Below, one piece after another: positions 50,036-62,945 of a stretch of 64,000 nucleotides of DNA. The DNA comes from Vicugna vicugna (taxonomy: Eukaryota). The DNA lies in the NCBI GenBank assembly GCA_013265495.1, contig MU058065.1:9899720-9963719 (forward strand), given 5' to 3'. The notes beneath the pieces were generated by a model. The model made no database searches. It was given only the letters and a program-made list of their open reading frames with translations, and had not been told where the DNA came from. Made by a program: the position numbers and the translations under genes. Numbering within the stretch: the first letter of the stretch is position 1; every line of letters begins with the position of its first letter.

Positions 50036-50317
50036 CAGGCTTACCTCATTTTATTGTGCTTTTCTTTATTGTAAACTTTGCAAATACTACTTTTTCTTTT
50101 TTAACAAATTGAAGATTTGTGGCAATCCTGCAGATAATTGTTGGCAATTTTTAGCAATAGAGCATATTTCAGTTAAGGTATGTACATTGTTTTTCACACA
50201 TAACCCTATTGTACACGTCATAACTTTTTTTACACACTGGGAAATCAAAAAATTCATGTGACTTGCTTTACTGCATGGTCTGAATCCAAACCTGCAGTAT
50301 CTGTGAGATATTTCCAT
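50036..50317 (+). mobile_element. Internally deleted Tigger1 (TcMar) derivative
   Basis: TA-CAGGCTTACCTCATTTTATTGTGC...ACAAATTGAAGATTTGTGGCAATCCTGC joined to TTTTAGCAAT...TTAAGGTATGTACATTG...CACTGGGAAATCAAAAAATTCATGTGACT...CAGTATCTGTGAG. Confidence 0.85.
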
Positions 50318-51799
50318 ATTATGAGAAAATATTTTTAAGCATTTTTAAATAACTTAAGACTACATGCTCTCTCTTTGGAAAATCAGCAAGTTCATTTACT
50401 TATTTAGTCTAGTTCACCCCCCTACCCCACCTCCCTATCACCACCTGGGGAAGAAATGACTGACATAGAAGAAGCAAATTTTGTATAACGGGATGTTGAC
50501 ACTGAGGAATCTGGGTTCTGGGGTGTCCCACCACAGATGGTGAGTGGCATGTGGGTGAGCAGGGAGCAGCCCGTGAGCCCAAAAGTCTACACAGGAAGTA
50601 ACCTAGATGTGTAATTAGGGTATGAGCGAGGATCCAGCTCAAGACTGTCTTCTGCCCACACGCCACCTCTCACAATTCTCCAAATGGGGCGATCTGAGCT
50701 TCCGTTTGACTCTTTTCAGGCTCTTTGCATTGTGTTTTCTCTCTCAGAGAAATCCAGCTTCAGAAAGTGATATCTAAATGATAATGTGTCATTGTGCTGA
50801 TGAGTAGGGTTACAATGCTTGAGACAGATAGACAGAAGCAAGAAAAGCAGCTAGATGGCAGATAAAGGCATTTCCTGACCAGAAGGTGGAAAATAGCAGT
50901 TGTGAGTTTTAGCAAATGCACTTAAGAACGTAGAGGAGCTTCTCAGGCATTTATTAGAATCTAATTCAAACCCGTAGGGTTATGGAAGATTTTGTGAAAA
51001 GCACCTCTTAACTGACCAGCTGTCAATTAGCAAAGGAGAAAATGCCTCAAGTGCTCCATTATGATGATGACCAAATAAACGAGCTTTGATTACTATAATA
51101 ACAGTAGTATAATTTATAAAAAATCTCTGGTTTTAGATATGAAAAGAACTCATAACTGGTGATCATCTGTAAAATCTACTGTGGAAAACTACAAGTATAA
51201 TTGCTCAATGATGCCAATTTATTTTTTCTTCCTCAAACTTTTCAGGTAATCTAATATAATGAGAAATAATAATTGTTAAGGTTTGATCATGCTAATCTAA
51301 TTTTCTGGATGGCTTATTAACTTTCCAAGGATGTCTTTCTTCTATTTCTTGATCATTAGATCAGGCAATAATTAAAGCAAGAATGAGGAATGTCAATTAT
51401 GGGATGATGTGTGAGAGGATACAGAAAGGTATGATGGATATTTTTTAGGCTTATGTTCTCATGTTTGGCCACATTCACGTACACACATACACATGAATAT
51501 AAGCGCAATTTTCTGATTTTTCATAAGAAAGAGATTTAACAAAGCATTACATTTCAAAATGTGATTCAAATATTTTTCCTAAACTGAATCTGGTCCCAGT
51601 GGATGAGCTCCAGAAAATAAACAGCAAAACGTTCAGAGTCTGCATTAAATAGCTTTATACAAAGTTCTCTCACCTCTCTCTCCTCTCACTCAAGTCCTTT
51701 AGAAAAAGCAATAATTTCTAAATATGACTAAATGTGAATACTGTTCATAAGAGGAAAGAATGGTTATTCCAAAGGACTGTTCATTTCAGAAAGACAGTG

Positions 51800-52025
51800 G
51801 CATTATTGGAAAATGATGGGTGCTTAGATCATGGGGATCTGAGCTGAAGACCAGGTGGAGTCTATACTGGTCCTTTGTGAAATCACTGAAACTCTGTGCC
51901 TTTATTCCATCATCTGTAAAACGGGGTAACAGTAACTATTGCAGAAATGCTGCAAGATAAGATGCAACCCATGTAAAGATTTTGACATATAGTAGGACCT
52001 TCAATAAATGGTAAAAATTATTATT
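51800..52025 (+). mobile_element. MIR SINE
   Basis: CTCTGTGCCTTTATTCCATCATCTGTAAAACGGGGTAACAGTAAC...ATAGTAGGACCTTCAATAAATGGTA. Confidence 0.7.
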
Positions 52026-52554
52026 CTGTACCTTCTAGATTGGGAGCTATTTTTTTGTCAAATTCATTTACTGAATCTGGACAAAAATACTCATTTTTGA
52101 ACCTAGTCTTTTGTATTCCCCTTCATCCAAATTAATTCCAGTTGTTCGATTGGATAGCAATGGAAAGTAACAATTTTTACCATGGGTGTTAGAGATACAT
52201 TTTGCAGAGATGCTTTTGATACACATTGGAAAAATTCACTATTTAACCCTGCTGACTCTTTATATCTGTGTTACGGTTATTTGTGGTGACTTCAGGCATA
52301 CGGCCTCATTAGGTCTTTCTCAGTGTTTCAGTTGAATCTCACTTCATACAAACTGAAAACTATATGTAGGGCCAGCTTATAAATAAAAAAAATCACAACT
52401 TTGACAGTAAAGTTGAACCTATAACCAACGACATGAATTCTGGTCTGGAAAAAGGAAAAAGAATATAAATATTACTCAGACTCAAAGTAGGTGTGACACC
52501 ACCTCTTCTTTATAGGTTTAGCAGGATTCACCCAGTGGTTAAATCTGTACTTCT

Positions 52555-52772
52555 GATAGATCAGGAGTTTGGGATTTGCAGGTACTTACTACTATATATA
52601 AAACAGATAAATAATAAAGTCCCACTATATAGCACAGGGAACTATATTCAATATCTTGTAACAGCCTTTAATTTAAAAGAACATGAAAAGGAATATATAT
52701 GTATAACTGCACATATGCTGTACACCAGAAATTAACACAATATCGTAAACCAACTATAATTCAATTAAAAAA
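52555..52772 (+). mobile_element. Young L1 3' end with TSD
   Basis: GGAGTTTGGGATTTGCAG...TATAGCACAGGGAACTATATTCAATATCTTGTA...CTGTACACCAGAAATTAACACAA. TSD AAATCTGTACTTCT (52541-52554) and AAATCCATACTTCT (52771-52784). Confidence 0.9.
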
Positions 52773-52907
52773 ATCCATACTTCTTTGTATTCTATTTCTA
52801 ACAAATGGGATACATACACACATACACACACACATACACACACACACACACACATATATACTAGTGTTCCCTCAATTCATTCTCCCTTTTCATGTAATAT
52901 GGCATCT

Positions 52908-53353
52908 ATGAGGGTTCCCATCTCAGATCTCATTTTAAGGAAGAACTTGTCATTTAGCTACAAGACATGCAGTTAGCACAGTTAGTGACTTGAAGATTCA
53001 CCTTAGCTTTCAAGCCCAAGCTTTTACTTCCTGTGCAGCCAGAGCCAAATACCAAGCCTGGTGGAGACACTGGGGTCAGACCATTTCTGCCCAAGATAAA
53101 GGCACCCCGCTAATGCACAATATTTGCTCTGGAGATGCACACGGGGGGTTGACCTAATTTTTGCCAAATTTGCCTCTTGGTTCGAGGTTTGCTCCACCCA
53201 ATCCTGCTCGCCTTCCTCTTCCACAAATATCAGATCAATTCTGCTTCCCAGCCCAATTCTGCTTCCTCTACATTTTATCTTTCACTCTCACAATAAACCT
53301 TTTTCACTCCTAAATTTGTCTCAGTTTCTACTTCCCAGGAGATCAAATTGACA
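52908..53353 (+). mobile_element. ERVL solo LTR (LTR16-like)
   Basis: CCCAATCCTGCTCGCCTTCC...AATAAACCTTTTTCACTCCTAAATTTGTCTCAGTTTCTACTTCCCAGGAGATCAAATTGACA resembles the LTR16 3' end. Confidence 0.65.
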
Positions 53354-53419
53354 CAGATAGTAATAGAATCTTAGCAGGGTGTGCGGAAATCTACTTAGAG
53401 TCATCGTTTGCCAGCCTGT

Positions 53420-54001
53420 TTTGTGCCTAGATATGGCCATATGGCTAAGTTCTCGGCACCGGAATATGACTGAAAGTGACATGTATAGCTACTGCTTTGC
53501 TTCCTTAAAAGGAAATTCCTTGCCCTCTTCTTCATTGTTTTCCTCTTCCCGAAAGCCAGCACACTGAGGTGGCATTGATCAAGCTTCTAATACGCAGGAA
53601 ATTCCCTTGAAGAAAGAGTCAGAAAACTATAGCTTACAGGCAAAAGCTGACCCGTGGCCTATCTGTATGGTCTGCGAGCCAAGAATGGATTTTACATTTT
53701 TTAAAGCATTGTTAAAAGAATAAAAAGAGGCAGAATCTGTGGCAGAAGCCATATATGGTCCACCAAGCCTAAAATATTTACTGTCTGACCCTTTATGGGA
53801 AAAGTTTGCTGATCCTGCTTCAGAGGATTGCAGATAAACAAGTTAGAAAAAACCTGGGTCTCTGAATGATCATGGGGAGCAAAACTGTTCCTCTGTCCTG
53901 CAAGCCTGACTGTAATGTGAGAGCAAAATAAACTTCTTTATCCTTTGAGCCACTGTTTTGTTGTGTCTTGCTGTTAGGCAATAGACCCTAGCTAATATAC
54001 A
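53420..54001 (+). mobile_element. Old MaLR LTR (MLT1) interrupted by MER58
   Basis: GGCCATATGGCTAAGTTCT...GAAAGTGAC...ACCTGGGTCTCTGAATGATCATGGGGAGCA...ATAAACTTCTTTATCCTTTGAGCCACTG...GCTAATATACA. Confidence 0.65.
53615..53818. mobile_element. MER58-family hAT-Charlie element
   Basis: GTCAGAAAACTATAGC...GAGCCAAGAATGGATTTTACATTTTTTAAA...AAGCCTAAAATATTTACTGTCTGACCCTTTATGGGAAAAGTTTGCTGATCCTG. Confidence 0.8.
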
Positions 54002-55735
54002 TACAAATAAATAAAAGATTAAGATTTAAATGATTTTCCCTTCCTTCCCAAATGTTATATAACTCGGTTATTTCTTCATCTCAGCTTTGAGCAGACTTCT
54101 GAAAATAAGGTCTTCATTTGTTTATTAGCTTTTAAAGATCTAAAGCATTTTTATTGCTTGGTACTTGTATATCATATTGCACAACTACTGCCTAGGAAGA
54201 TAGAAAAATATGTAACCTCGAGGTACCATGGCAAACATGTGTAAGTCTACTTTATTAATTTCCCTTAATCTAAAACATACACCTTAACATTATATTTAGA
54301 ACTGGTCTCTACCTTACATGAAAGCATGATGACAACAGTGATGGAGTTGAGACTGGGGAACAAAGATAATTTTATAAATGGCTAAACAATGATTGCATTT
54401 GCTAGAGAATAATTTATTATAAAATAAGGTGTATCAACTTATCAATTAGAGCAGATTATGACAAAACCATCTATCATCACAATGATGCTCTACAGTCAGT
54501 CATTTCTTGGACACTTTCGTGAGCCTTGTATTGAGGTAGAGAAGGTAAGTTCACTTGGTATTTCCAAGTGCAGAGCAACTGCACAGATTATGTACATACC
54601 AGTCTTGCAGCTCCATGATTTTCTTTTCTGACAGCAATAGAGACCTGAACTAACAAAACAGTATTTTTGCTGAACCCCAAACATATGCTCATTTAGGCTA
54701 TGTCTTATCTGCCCCAAAGCTTACTTGTTTGCTTAATTATGATATGCTTCTCATCACACATAATGCTTTACAAAATATTTGATCAAATAGGTGTGATATT
54801 TACAAGCAAGTCTTAAAAATACCTCTAGCCTTTGTAATTTTGCTTGTGCTACCTGAATAAAGTATTTTTTTAAAATTAAGAATGCTGTAAGAACAGAAAT
54901 TTTTTGTTATGACACACAATGAGGAATGAAAAAAAGAACTCCTTGTGATAGGTATTTTAGATGCAATACTGCAGAGCCTAGCCAAAATATATCTAAATAA
55001 CTAGAAACGGAAAATGAAATTCTTTGTTTTTCTAGCAGCATCTTAGTACACAGCTTATTGGCTTATCACAGATCGGCAGAAAATGCAGTATGCTTTGTAA
55101 TTTAGTCTTGAAGCTCTTTCTGAAAAATTTCTTTGCAAAACTCCTGGTCTACTTTAATGCTAAGCCTGGAAATGCAGGGCATGAAAATACGTTCACTCTT
55201 AAGTAGTTTGAGGTTTTGTTTAATTAGCATATTTCACTATAAAAAGGCATAAGATGAAAGTCATTTCTTTTTACTCATATTAATTCTAATTTAAGAAAGA
55301 TTAAACAATCGGCCTGATGACGTGCCGATTTATTAAATTCTTATACCTGAAATTTAATTTCTACACAATTAACTGTAATAAAATATCAGGCTTTCTTTTC
55401 CAAAGAATCAGGGAATCATAACTGTTACCAAGAACGGCTAAGGGGGGAGGGAGATGACTAGAACTGATTTCAGTGGCAGAAAAGTCCCAGTGCTTTTGAA
55501 TTAATTCAGTTATTATTTTGTTTGCCTACTACGAGCATATTCTATGGAGAAAATACCACAGAGGAAGAGTTAAAATCTTTTATGTGATCTTTAAAACTAT
55601 ATTTTTTAATGCAAAAAATTCAACCATGAGGTATCATTTATTAACCCATTTCATTTGTTTTTGAAGTTGCCTTTTTTGGAGGGGGTGCTACAGTTAGTTC
55701 TGTGATGAGTATCTTCATAAATACATCATTTTTTT

Positions 55736-55795
55736 CTTTTTTTTTTGCTTTTTAACATTTTTTATTGATTTATAATCATTTTACAGTGTTGTATC
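55736..55795 (-). mobile_element. Extremely 5'-truncated (~60 bp) young L1 tail with TSD
   Basis: TTTTTAACATTTTTTATTGATTTATAATCATTTTACAGTGTTGTATC nearly matches the reverse complement of the L1 tail at ~14000-14045. TSD ACATCATTTTTTT at 55723-55735 and 55796-55808. Confidence 0.8.
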
Positions 55796-57753
55796 ACATC
55801 ATTTTTTTTTCTTGTGTTGAAACATGTGCTTAGGAGTTTTTTAATCAAAGACTTCGAAAATCTTTGATCTTTACTTCTTACCACTGTGCTCTTACCCACA
55901 GCAGGTGTTTCTGTACAAGTCTAGTGCTCTTTTCTGCGAAGACCCTAAGTGGTTCAGAATTCTTAAGAGCACAGAGCTCTCAACAGCCACTGTAGTTACA
56001 CAGAAGTCCGAGTTAGCATGCTAAGTATCACCTCTGTCATCTTCCTCCTATGATTTTCCAAAACAGCCCTCCAAACTTCAAAGCTCCTAAAAACAAATGA
56101 ATTAGGTAACATCACTGAAACTTTGCTAACATTTTATCACTTTTTATCAGTTTTTAGCTTTATATCACTTTTATCATAAAGTGATCGCATTTGTGATCCT
56201 GTACCATGTGTGAGGATAAACTTTCTCCTCTACATATGTTTGCTAATTACCTTTACTCAGGAATGAGGTTTTATTAAAACTACTTTGCCTATTAATAGGA
56301 TTCTATAGACAAATGGCCTTCCTCGATAATTAGATTTGGATCATCATCACTCCATCTGGTATTTATTTTGGTGAATTTTCCCAAACTGTTATCCCTAAAA
56401 ACCACTTTTTCTCACTTTGAGTAATGTGGTTTATTTTTAACTACAAAATATGTTTTAAATTAAATAAAAATAGACAGTAAAAGGTGTCAAAATGCTGAAC
56501 AGAATATTGCATTTTTTCAGTTATGTTTCCTGCATTTTGGAACATGTCTACCCTAGTAGGATTTTTAGGGCATTTTAGCAGAAAAATAGTTTCAAAGTCA
56601 AAAAGTAGTAGGAAAAAAACCCTCTACACAGTGGTTATCATGTGTATTTCGCCATCTCATCAGCTCTCAAAATGCATATGCAAAAAATGCAAAAAAAAAT
56701 CCAGTACATTTATTGTTTCTTGAATGCCCTAATTGTATTTTCAACTTCCTGACTTTGTTCATTCTTTACTCACACCTGAAATGTCCTACTCAATTTCTAA
56801 ACTAAGATCTATTTTGACTCAGGGTTCAACTCAAGCCATTAGAGAATTAGGTAGTGTTGTAGGTAAAGAGAGGGCTTAGAAAAGGAAACTAAATTTCATT
56901 CAGGGCCTCTTCTATGCCAGTCTCTGGTCCCAGGAGTTTCAAAATCGGTCTTAACACTACCACCACTAGAACCAGCGTTACCACTGATTTGCCTCGACTA
57001 GAGACAAACCCCGGAGTAGGTAGTTATGCATGCTCCCTAATTTAGTACTCGTGATGACTTTCTGGGCCAGGTATTGTCACGCCTACTCATACATGCAGAA
57101 TCTGAGAAGTAAGAAGTCCTGCTTAAAGGCACACAGCTAATAGTGGTAGAGGTGGGAGATGCAATCCAGTTGACTGGGATCAAGTCAAGCTCTTCTCACT
57201 GTCCCTCACTGTCTCTTGTGCCTCTGCTCTGTTCCAGGAAAGCTTACGTTTTGCTCTACCATTATTTATTCTTCATCTAAACACCTGTATATTTACAGTG
57301 TGCACCACTTAGTTGGCATTCTGTTTCTTGCATTACAGATGTAAGCTGTGTCATTAAAGACGTGCTCTGCTCCACAACCAGATTATAACTTCCTTGAGAG
57401 AAGAGGTATTTATTACCCAAATAGTGTCAATTCTGAGACACCAATTCTGCTTTGCAGATTAGTAGGCGCTTAATATAATAATTTTTGCTGAGGATAATTG
57501 TTAATGAAAGCATCTATATGAATATTCTTAATATTAAAAAAGAATGGATCCAAAGTAGGACTTTAACTGAGAGAGAAGAAGACAAAAATTATATTTTATA
57601 ATTTCTCTGCTTTTATTTTCACCTTTCCACCTCATGACTCAGCTCATCAGCTCTCAAAATGCCTATGCAAAAAATGCAAAAAAGTCCAGTATATTTATTA
57701 ATCTTAAGTACACAAATATGTTTTTATTTCTTGTGGTATTATATTGTAGTGGG

Positions 57754-57798
57754 ATATATATATATATATATATGTATATATATTTATATATATATATA
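57754..57798. repeat. Imperfect (TA)n microsatellite
   Basis: Seen directly. Confidence 0.9.
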
Positions 57799-60700
57799 AT
57801 TGGTTACTTTATTCTCATTTTAGTTCTCTATTTAAACAGAAAATGAGATCCCACCAAAAAAAAGGAATTGATGCTATGTAGTTTACGATGACAGGAAGTA
57901 TTTAAAAATGTGTGAGTGAGTGTTTAGCACAGGTTGGTTTTTTAAAAAATTTTTACACTAACTTTAAATTGGAGGGGATATATTAAGTTTCTACCACTGA
58001 ATTACAGGCACTTTTTAGTTTCTTTGCTTTACTTACTGCTAAAAATGCAATTGTGGCTATTCTTAACCCTAATACTGCTTGGTTTTCCTTTAAATATTTT
58101 AAACCGAAAACTGGAGTAAAAACCCTTTTAAGATGAACCAGCCTCCAATACAAGTAAAGGTTTAACTTCTTTTCTTGTCTCCTTCTCAGAAATGAAATCT
58201 GTATTCAGGATGTAATGCTTCATCTGAAGTGCTTGGAGAATCAGAGAAAATGGCCCATTTTCATTTTAATGAATCATGCTGGAGAATAAATTTACATGAT
58301 GTTAATACTGAGACCTGGAAGACGGTATGGTATAATGCTCATAATAAAGGATTTAGGAACCATGACAGTTCTGGGGTATGAATTCTGGTAAGCCACTCAT
58401 GTGTGACTTTGGATAAGTTACTTGAGCTCACAGTTCCTCAGTAAATTGAGATGGATGAGTGGTGGGAACACTGAAAACCAACTCTGGGAGGCCAAAATGA
58501 GATAAACAAGGCATGAAGACTACGTTCCTTATACGCCCTAGGACTTTCTGCACATAAAACGGTACCATGTAGTCAGGCATCACTCATTGTGAGTTCTTTA
58601 ACTAAACCTGATGGCGGCTGAAAGGCTTTGTTTGTGGCGATGGTGAGGTGTAACCCCATCTCAGACAGCCCCACGAGGAGTAAACTGGGAGGGTGCAGAC
58701 CTCCAAACAGAATGCTCGGCTCCATCTCTCTCTCAACTGAGGCATCGAGAGCAGGTTGCACCTAATAACCTATTAAAGAGGCATATGAAGGCGAAATCCA
58801 CATCTATGGAGGTAGAAGGTGAACTCACAGAAGCAGGAAAAAGAACACTAAGAATGTAATTCCAGGATTCAGTAAACTCAGTTGGGTCAGAGAAGTCTAG
58901 TGTGCAAATGTACAAATCTGATCACAAAGCTCTTAAGAGATGACTTTTACACGATCTCACAGCATTCACTCATTATGCAATTAGCACTCCAGAGAGCTTC
59001 GCATTTCAAAGGATTTATTCCTGTGGACAGGATCCGTTTCCCAAATGTACCGCAGAGAGCCACTTTAAAACAGCTGCTGTGATCTTTAGGAGACTGTTTC
59101 ATCTTCCTGTGTCAGTTCCTTCATTAGGAAAGTGAACCCTATTAAATTCCACAGGTCACTGTCAAGATCAAAGGAGTTAACATATGGCAAATTAAATTTA
59201 TCATTATTTTGGTTAAATCTGTACCTTTGGCCATCTTAACAATATCAGAAAATAAAAGGAATTATTTAACAAGTTATTGGTTATGGAATTCATTTTTGTC
59301 TATCCACAATTAAGAGCATTTAAGTTTCTGATACATTCAGTTATGTGTTGGTTTGTTTATGCCTTCAGAATTGTCATGCAATATCAGTGAGCCACCATGA
59401 AAGCTGTGGAAAAGTACATCCAAAGTTTTTTTATTGTCGTTGTTCAAAAATCATACATAAGTAAAGGTAACTCCAGTTATCCTGTAATTTATTCTGGTTT
59501 CTTTTGGGAAGAAAACAAACAAAATAAAACAGTCTTCTAACAAGGTTTTGTCTTGAGTCAAAGTTTATATAGATTTATTCTGAATCACTGATTATGGAAA
59601 TTGCCCACAACCTGGTTGCTCATGAAATACTCCTATTGCAATTCTTATCTTTTTAGTAGTACATCCTCTATAGTACGTATCACTTTGGTAACACTCCAAA
59701 AAAGGAACAGGGCTGTTAGCTGAGAGATGAGGTGGTGTTCATGGGTTATAAGTTTGGGTAATAAAAAATGTTCACAGTAATGATCAAACCTCATGATCCG
59801 TCTGCACTGTTGTAGGGGCCAAGCTCATAGAGAATTAGACAAATCTCCTGGCAAAGGACAAGCAATCTTAACTTCACATGACTTTTATTCCTACAGAATA
59901 TACCTCCCATTGCGCTTGGCCTATATGCAACCCTTAAACACTTGCTTTGAAATATTTTAATTTTGTTAGCATGTATTGCTGCAATTTATTACCTAGGTGT
60001 TGTACATGGCAGACTTAATATATTAAAAGGCAACTTTTCTTTTAATATGACATGCATGATAAAAATTAGGTATCATTTGCTAGATTGGACTTGGGAAGAA
60101 AATAATTGAAACAAACATCTTTTTGAAATTAAAAAAATTCCACCTTATACGTAAAACCAAATTCCCAACCTAGGAGCTCTTAGGTAATTAGTTATGCTCT
60201 ATCCTGGGAAGGAACTCAAGGAAAAATAAAATGCAGCTAATTAATCAATGTGGAAGACTGCCTGTTCATTGGCAAAAACTACACAGTAATTCATTCATTC
60301 ATTTCCTAACTTTGCAAAATATTTAATATCCAGTCATGTTCTAAAGGCTGTAGGGAAGTGTATGTAATACTCTGAGAGACAACAGCTTATAATGCTTTTC
60401 AATAAAAATGCAGGATTGTGGAGCTGTTATGTAGAGAAAAGACAATATCCAGGTTAAAAAAAGGAGGGAAATCTAAGGAATAAACATTAGTCCCAAAGTG
60501 TGCGGATTCTACGTTCACAGTGTCCTGAGTCCCAGCACCAGCAGAGTGAAAAGTCACCTTAGGGGCAATATTCCAGCTGCAAGAATTACTTGAGGGGCTA
60601 GAGTTTTGAGACAGCCCATCAAATCTCTGTTTGTTTAATAAACCTAAGGCATAGTGCCAAACTGGTTAAATGTACCATGTCTATGTTCACTCAAGCATAT

Positions 60701-62774
60701 TACTACAGTGAAATTAAAGAAGAAACAAAAAGGGAGCTGATCCGTTATAACTAGATGCAATGAAACAGACTAAAGATTATATTGGAAACTTGTGTATGTT
60801 TAATATACAGTATGTGGGATACTGGCAAATACTATGTCTGGGGAAGTTCTTTATACTATCCTGGACAGACTCAGATCCCTGTTATTATGTGTGTTGACTT
60901 CCTTTGGTAATATCTTTATAATAAAACAATATTTTGAACTGTTCATTATTTTCCATATTGTATATTTCAGCTGTTTTTGAATACAAAAGAAGAATAGCTC
61001 ATTTATTAGACCTCAAATAAGTTCATTTATAAAGAAAAAAATGCTGGGAGGCAATACTTAGTATAATTAGCTCCTTCCTGTTTCTCTCCTTGAGCCAAAC
61101 ATTGATTCAGAAAAGACAAACTCATGCCAGCATGGTTCACATCCCTATCGCTACCTGATTCACTACAGGACAGCAGTGTTTCTGGGTTGGATTTTTCTAT
61201 CTGTGGCTCAACAGTGAGAAAAGTTTCCTTGTAGATGCTCTGCCAGGCAACATAGATGTTGAGACTCCAGTTCCTTCCCTCACCTCCAAAAACTTTCCAA
61301 CAACTCAAACCAAATACGATTTTTTTTTCCCCTAACACATCCAAGGAGGCTAAATTTTTCCCATAAGTAAGGAAGGACTGAGTCCGTGAAGGAACATAGA
61401 AGCTGGCAGGGGTAGTGAGAAAGGGGAGGCTCCCACTTTTATTAGCACTTTTTCTCTCTGTCCTCCAGCCACTGTAATATGTGGCTTGTGGATTGTTAGC
61501 TGATGGAGTCCCTGCATATTTCCAGACCACGTCCAGCTGCAGAATTCACAAGAGGAGAGGGGTCTCATCCCACCTGATTGGCAGAAACAGTGAGTGACAT
61601 TTGGGTCAAGGCAAGTTGACCCTGATAACTTTACTGGTGGTGTCAGCACTAGCTGCTTTGAATGAAACAACAAACATGCAGAAACAGCACAAAACTGAAT
61701 CAATTATCCTGATATTTTCTGAAATATGCATGTACCTGTTGCTCTCTTGGCAAGCCCAAGTAATCAGTTTGTTTCTTACATACACTTCATGCTTTCCCAT
61801 CTTTCAGTCTTTTAACTCATGCTATTCCTTTTGTCCCAAACTAGTTTTCTTTCTTCTGCCATCTCTGAACGCCCAAAGCGTATTACACACATTTCAAATA
61901 TCACCTCCAAAATACCTCTTATGCATAGCCTTCCGCCTTCCTTTGCCCCTTCTTTCTGAAGTAAGTCTTTCTTTTCTGCACCCTGGAGCACTTTGCTCAA
62001 TCATGTTCACCTTGGCTATAAGGCTGATTATAAGTTTGTGGTCTCATAATTCTCAATGAACTCCTGAGGGTAGGATCTATGCCTAATTTATATTTGTATC
62101 CCTTAAGCCACTTACGATAGTAGGCACTCCGTAGATTTTTTGTTTAATAAACACGCATATTGAAAATCAAGACAAAAGTGACATTTGGAGACTGGGTGAG
62201 CTAATTGCTCCAATTCATCACTGAATTTAGGATATCTAGACAAAACTTCTGCTCCCTGGACTCCAGCACAGCCTTTCCTAACCTCCTTTCCTTTTCATTT
62301 TCAATCCCTCCAGGCCTAGGTGAGGCCTTTCTCCCCACCCCCAAGCACCCGTCCCTCCTCCTGCTTGACCCAGTTACTTTGATAGAAGAACTAGGTCAGC
62401 AGTCTAGGGACCGACAGTCTCAGCCTTTTTTCTCCCAAAGGTGAGGATGACTGAATATTGGTCTCTAAGTGGCAAAGAATCCTATTCTTGAAGTTCCTTG
62501 ATGACTCCAAAAGCATAGAATCTGAGAGAAGAGACGATCCCCTCTCTGAGTGAGACTGAAAGTCAGCACGAACTTCCAGGTCAAAACTCAGAGTCTTCTT
62601 TGACAATCCCCTTGCTTCTCCCCATGTCCCGATAGCCCTGAACATTTTCCCCTGAGAACAGCACCTGTGATCTGGGTCCATGTCTGGCTTCCCATGGCCA
62701 CCAACCTGGACTGAGCCTGCACGTGCCCGCTGTGTGCCCTGTGTCCCTCGCAGGCCATATGCCACCTGCCACAG

Positions 62775-62945
62775 CAGAGACTGGGTTTGAGTCCAACTTA
62801 TTTTGCTTCCACACCATGTGACTTTTAGAGAAGCCCCTAAGGTTTGTTTCCTTCTCTGTAAAATGGGGATGATAATGTCTCCTGAGGTGATTAAACAGGA
62901 AAAGGCATGGAAATCACTGACACAATGTCTAGAACATGGTAAGCT
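62775..62945 (+). mobile_element. MIR SINE
   Basis: CTGGGTTTGAGTCC...TGTGACTTT...GTTTCCTTCTCTGTAAAATGGGGATGATAATG...ACAATGTCTAGAACATGGTAAGC. Confidence 0.75.

Noticed and set aside
61027..62059. 167-aa, 152-aa and 117-aa ORFs on both strands
   Set aside because: Overlapping opposite-strand frames, low-information composition, partly L2-derived, and no protein family recognised.
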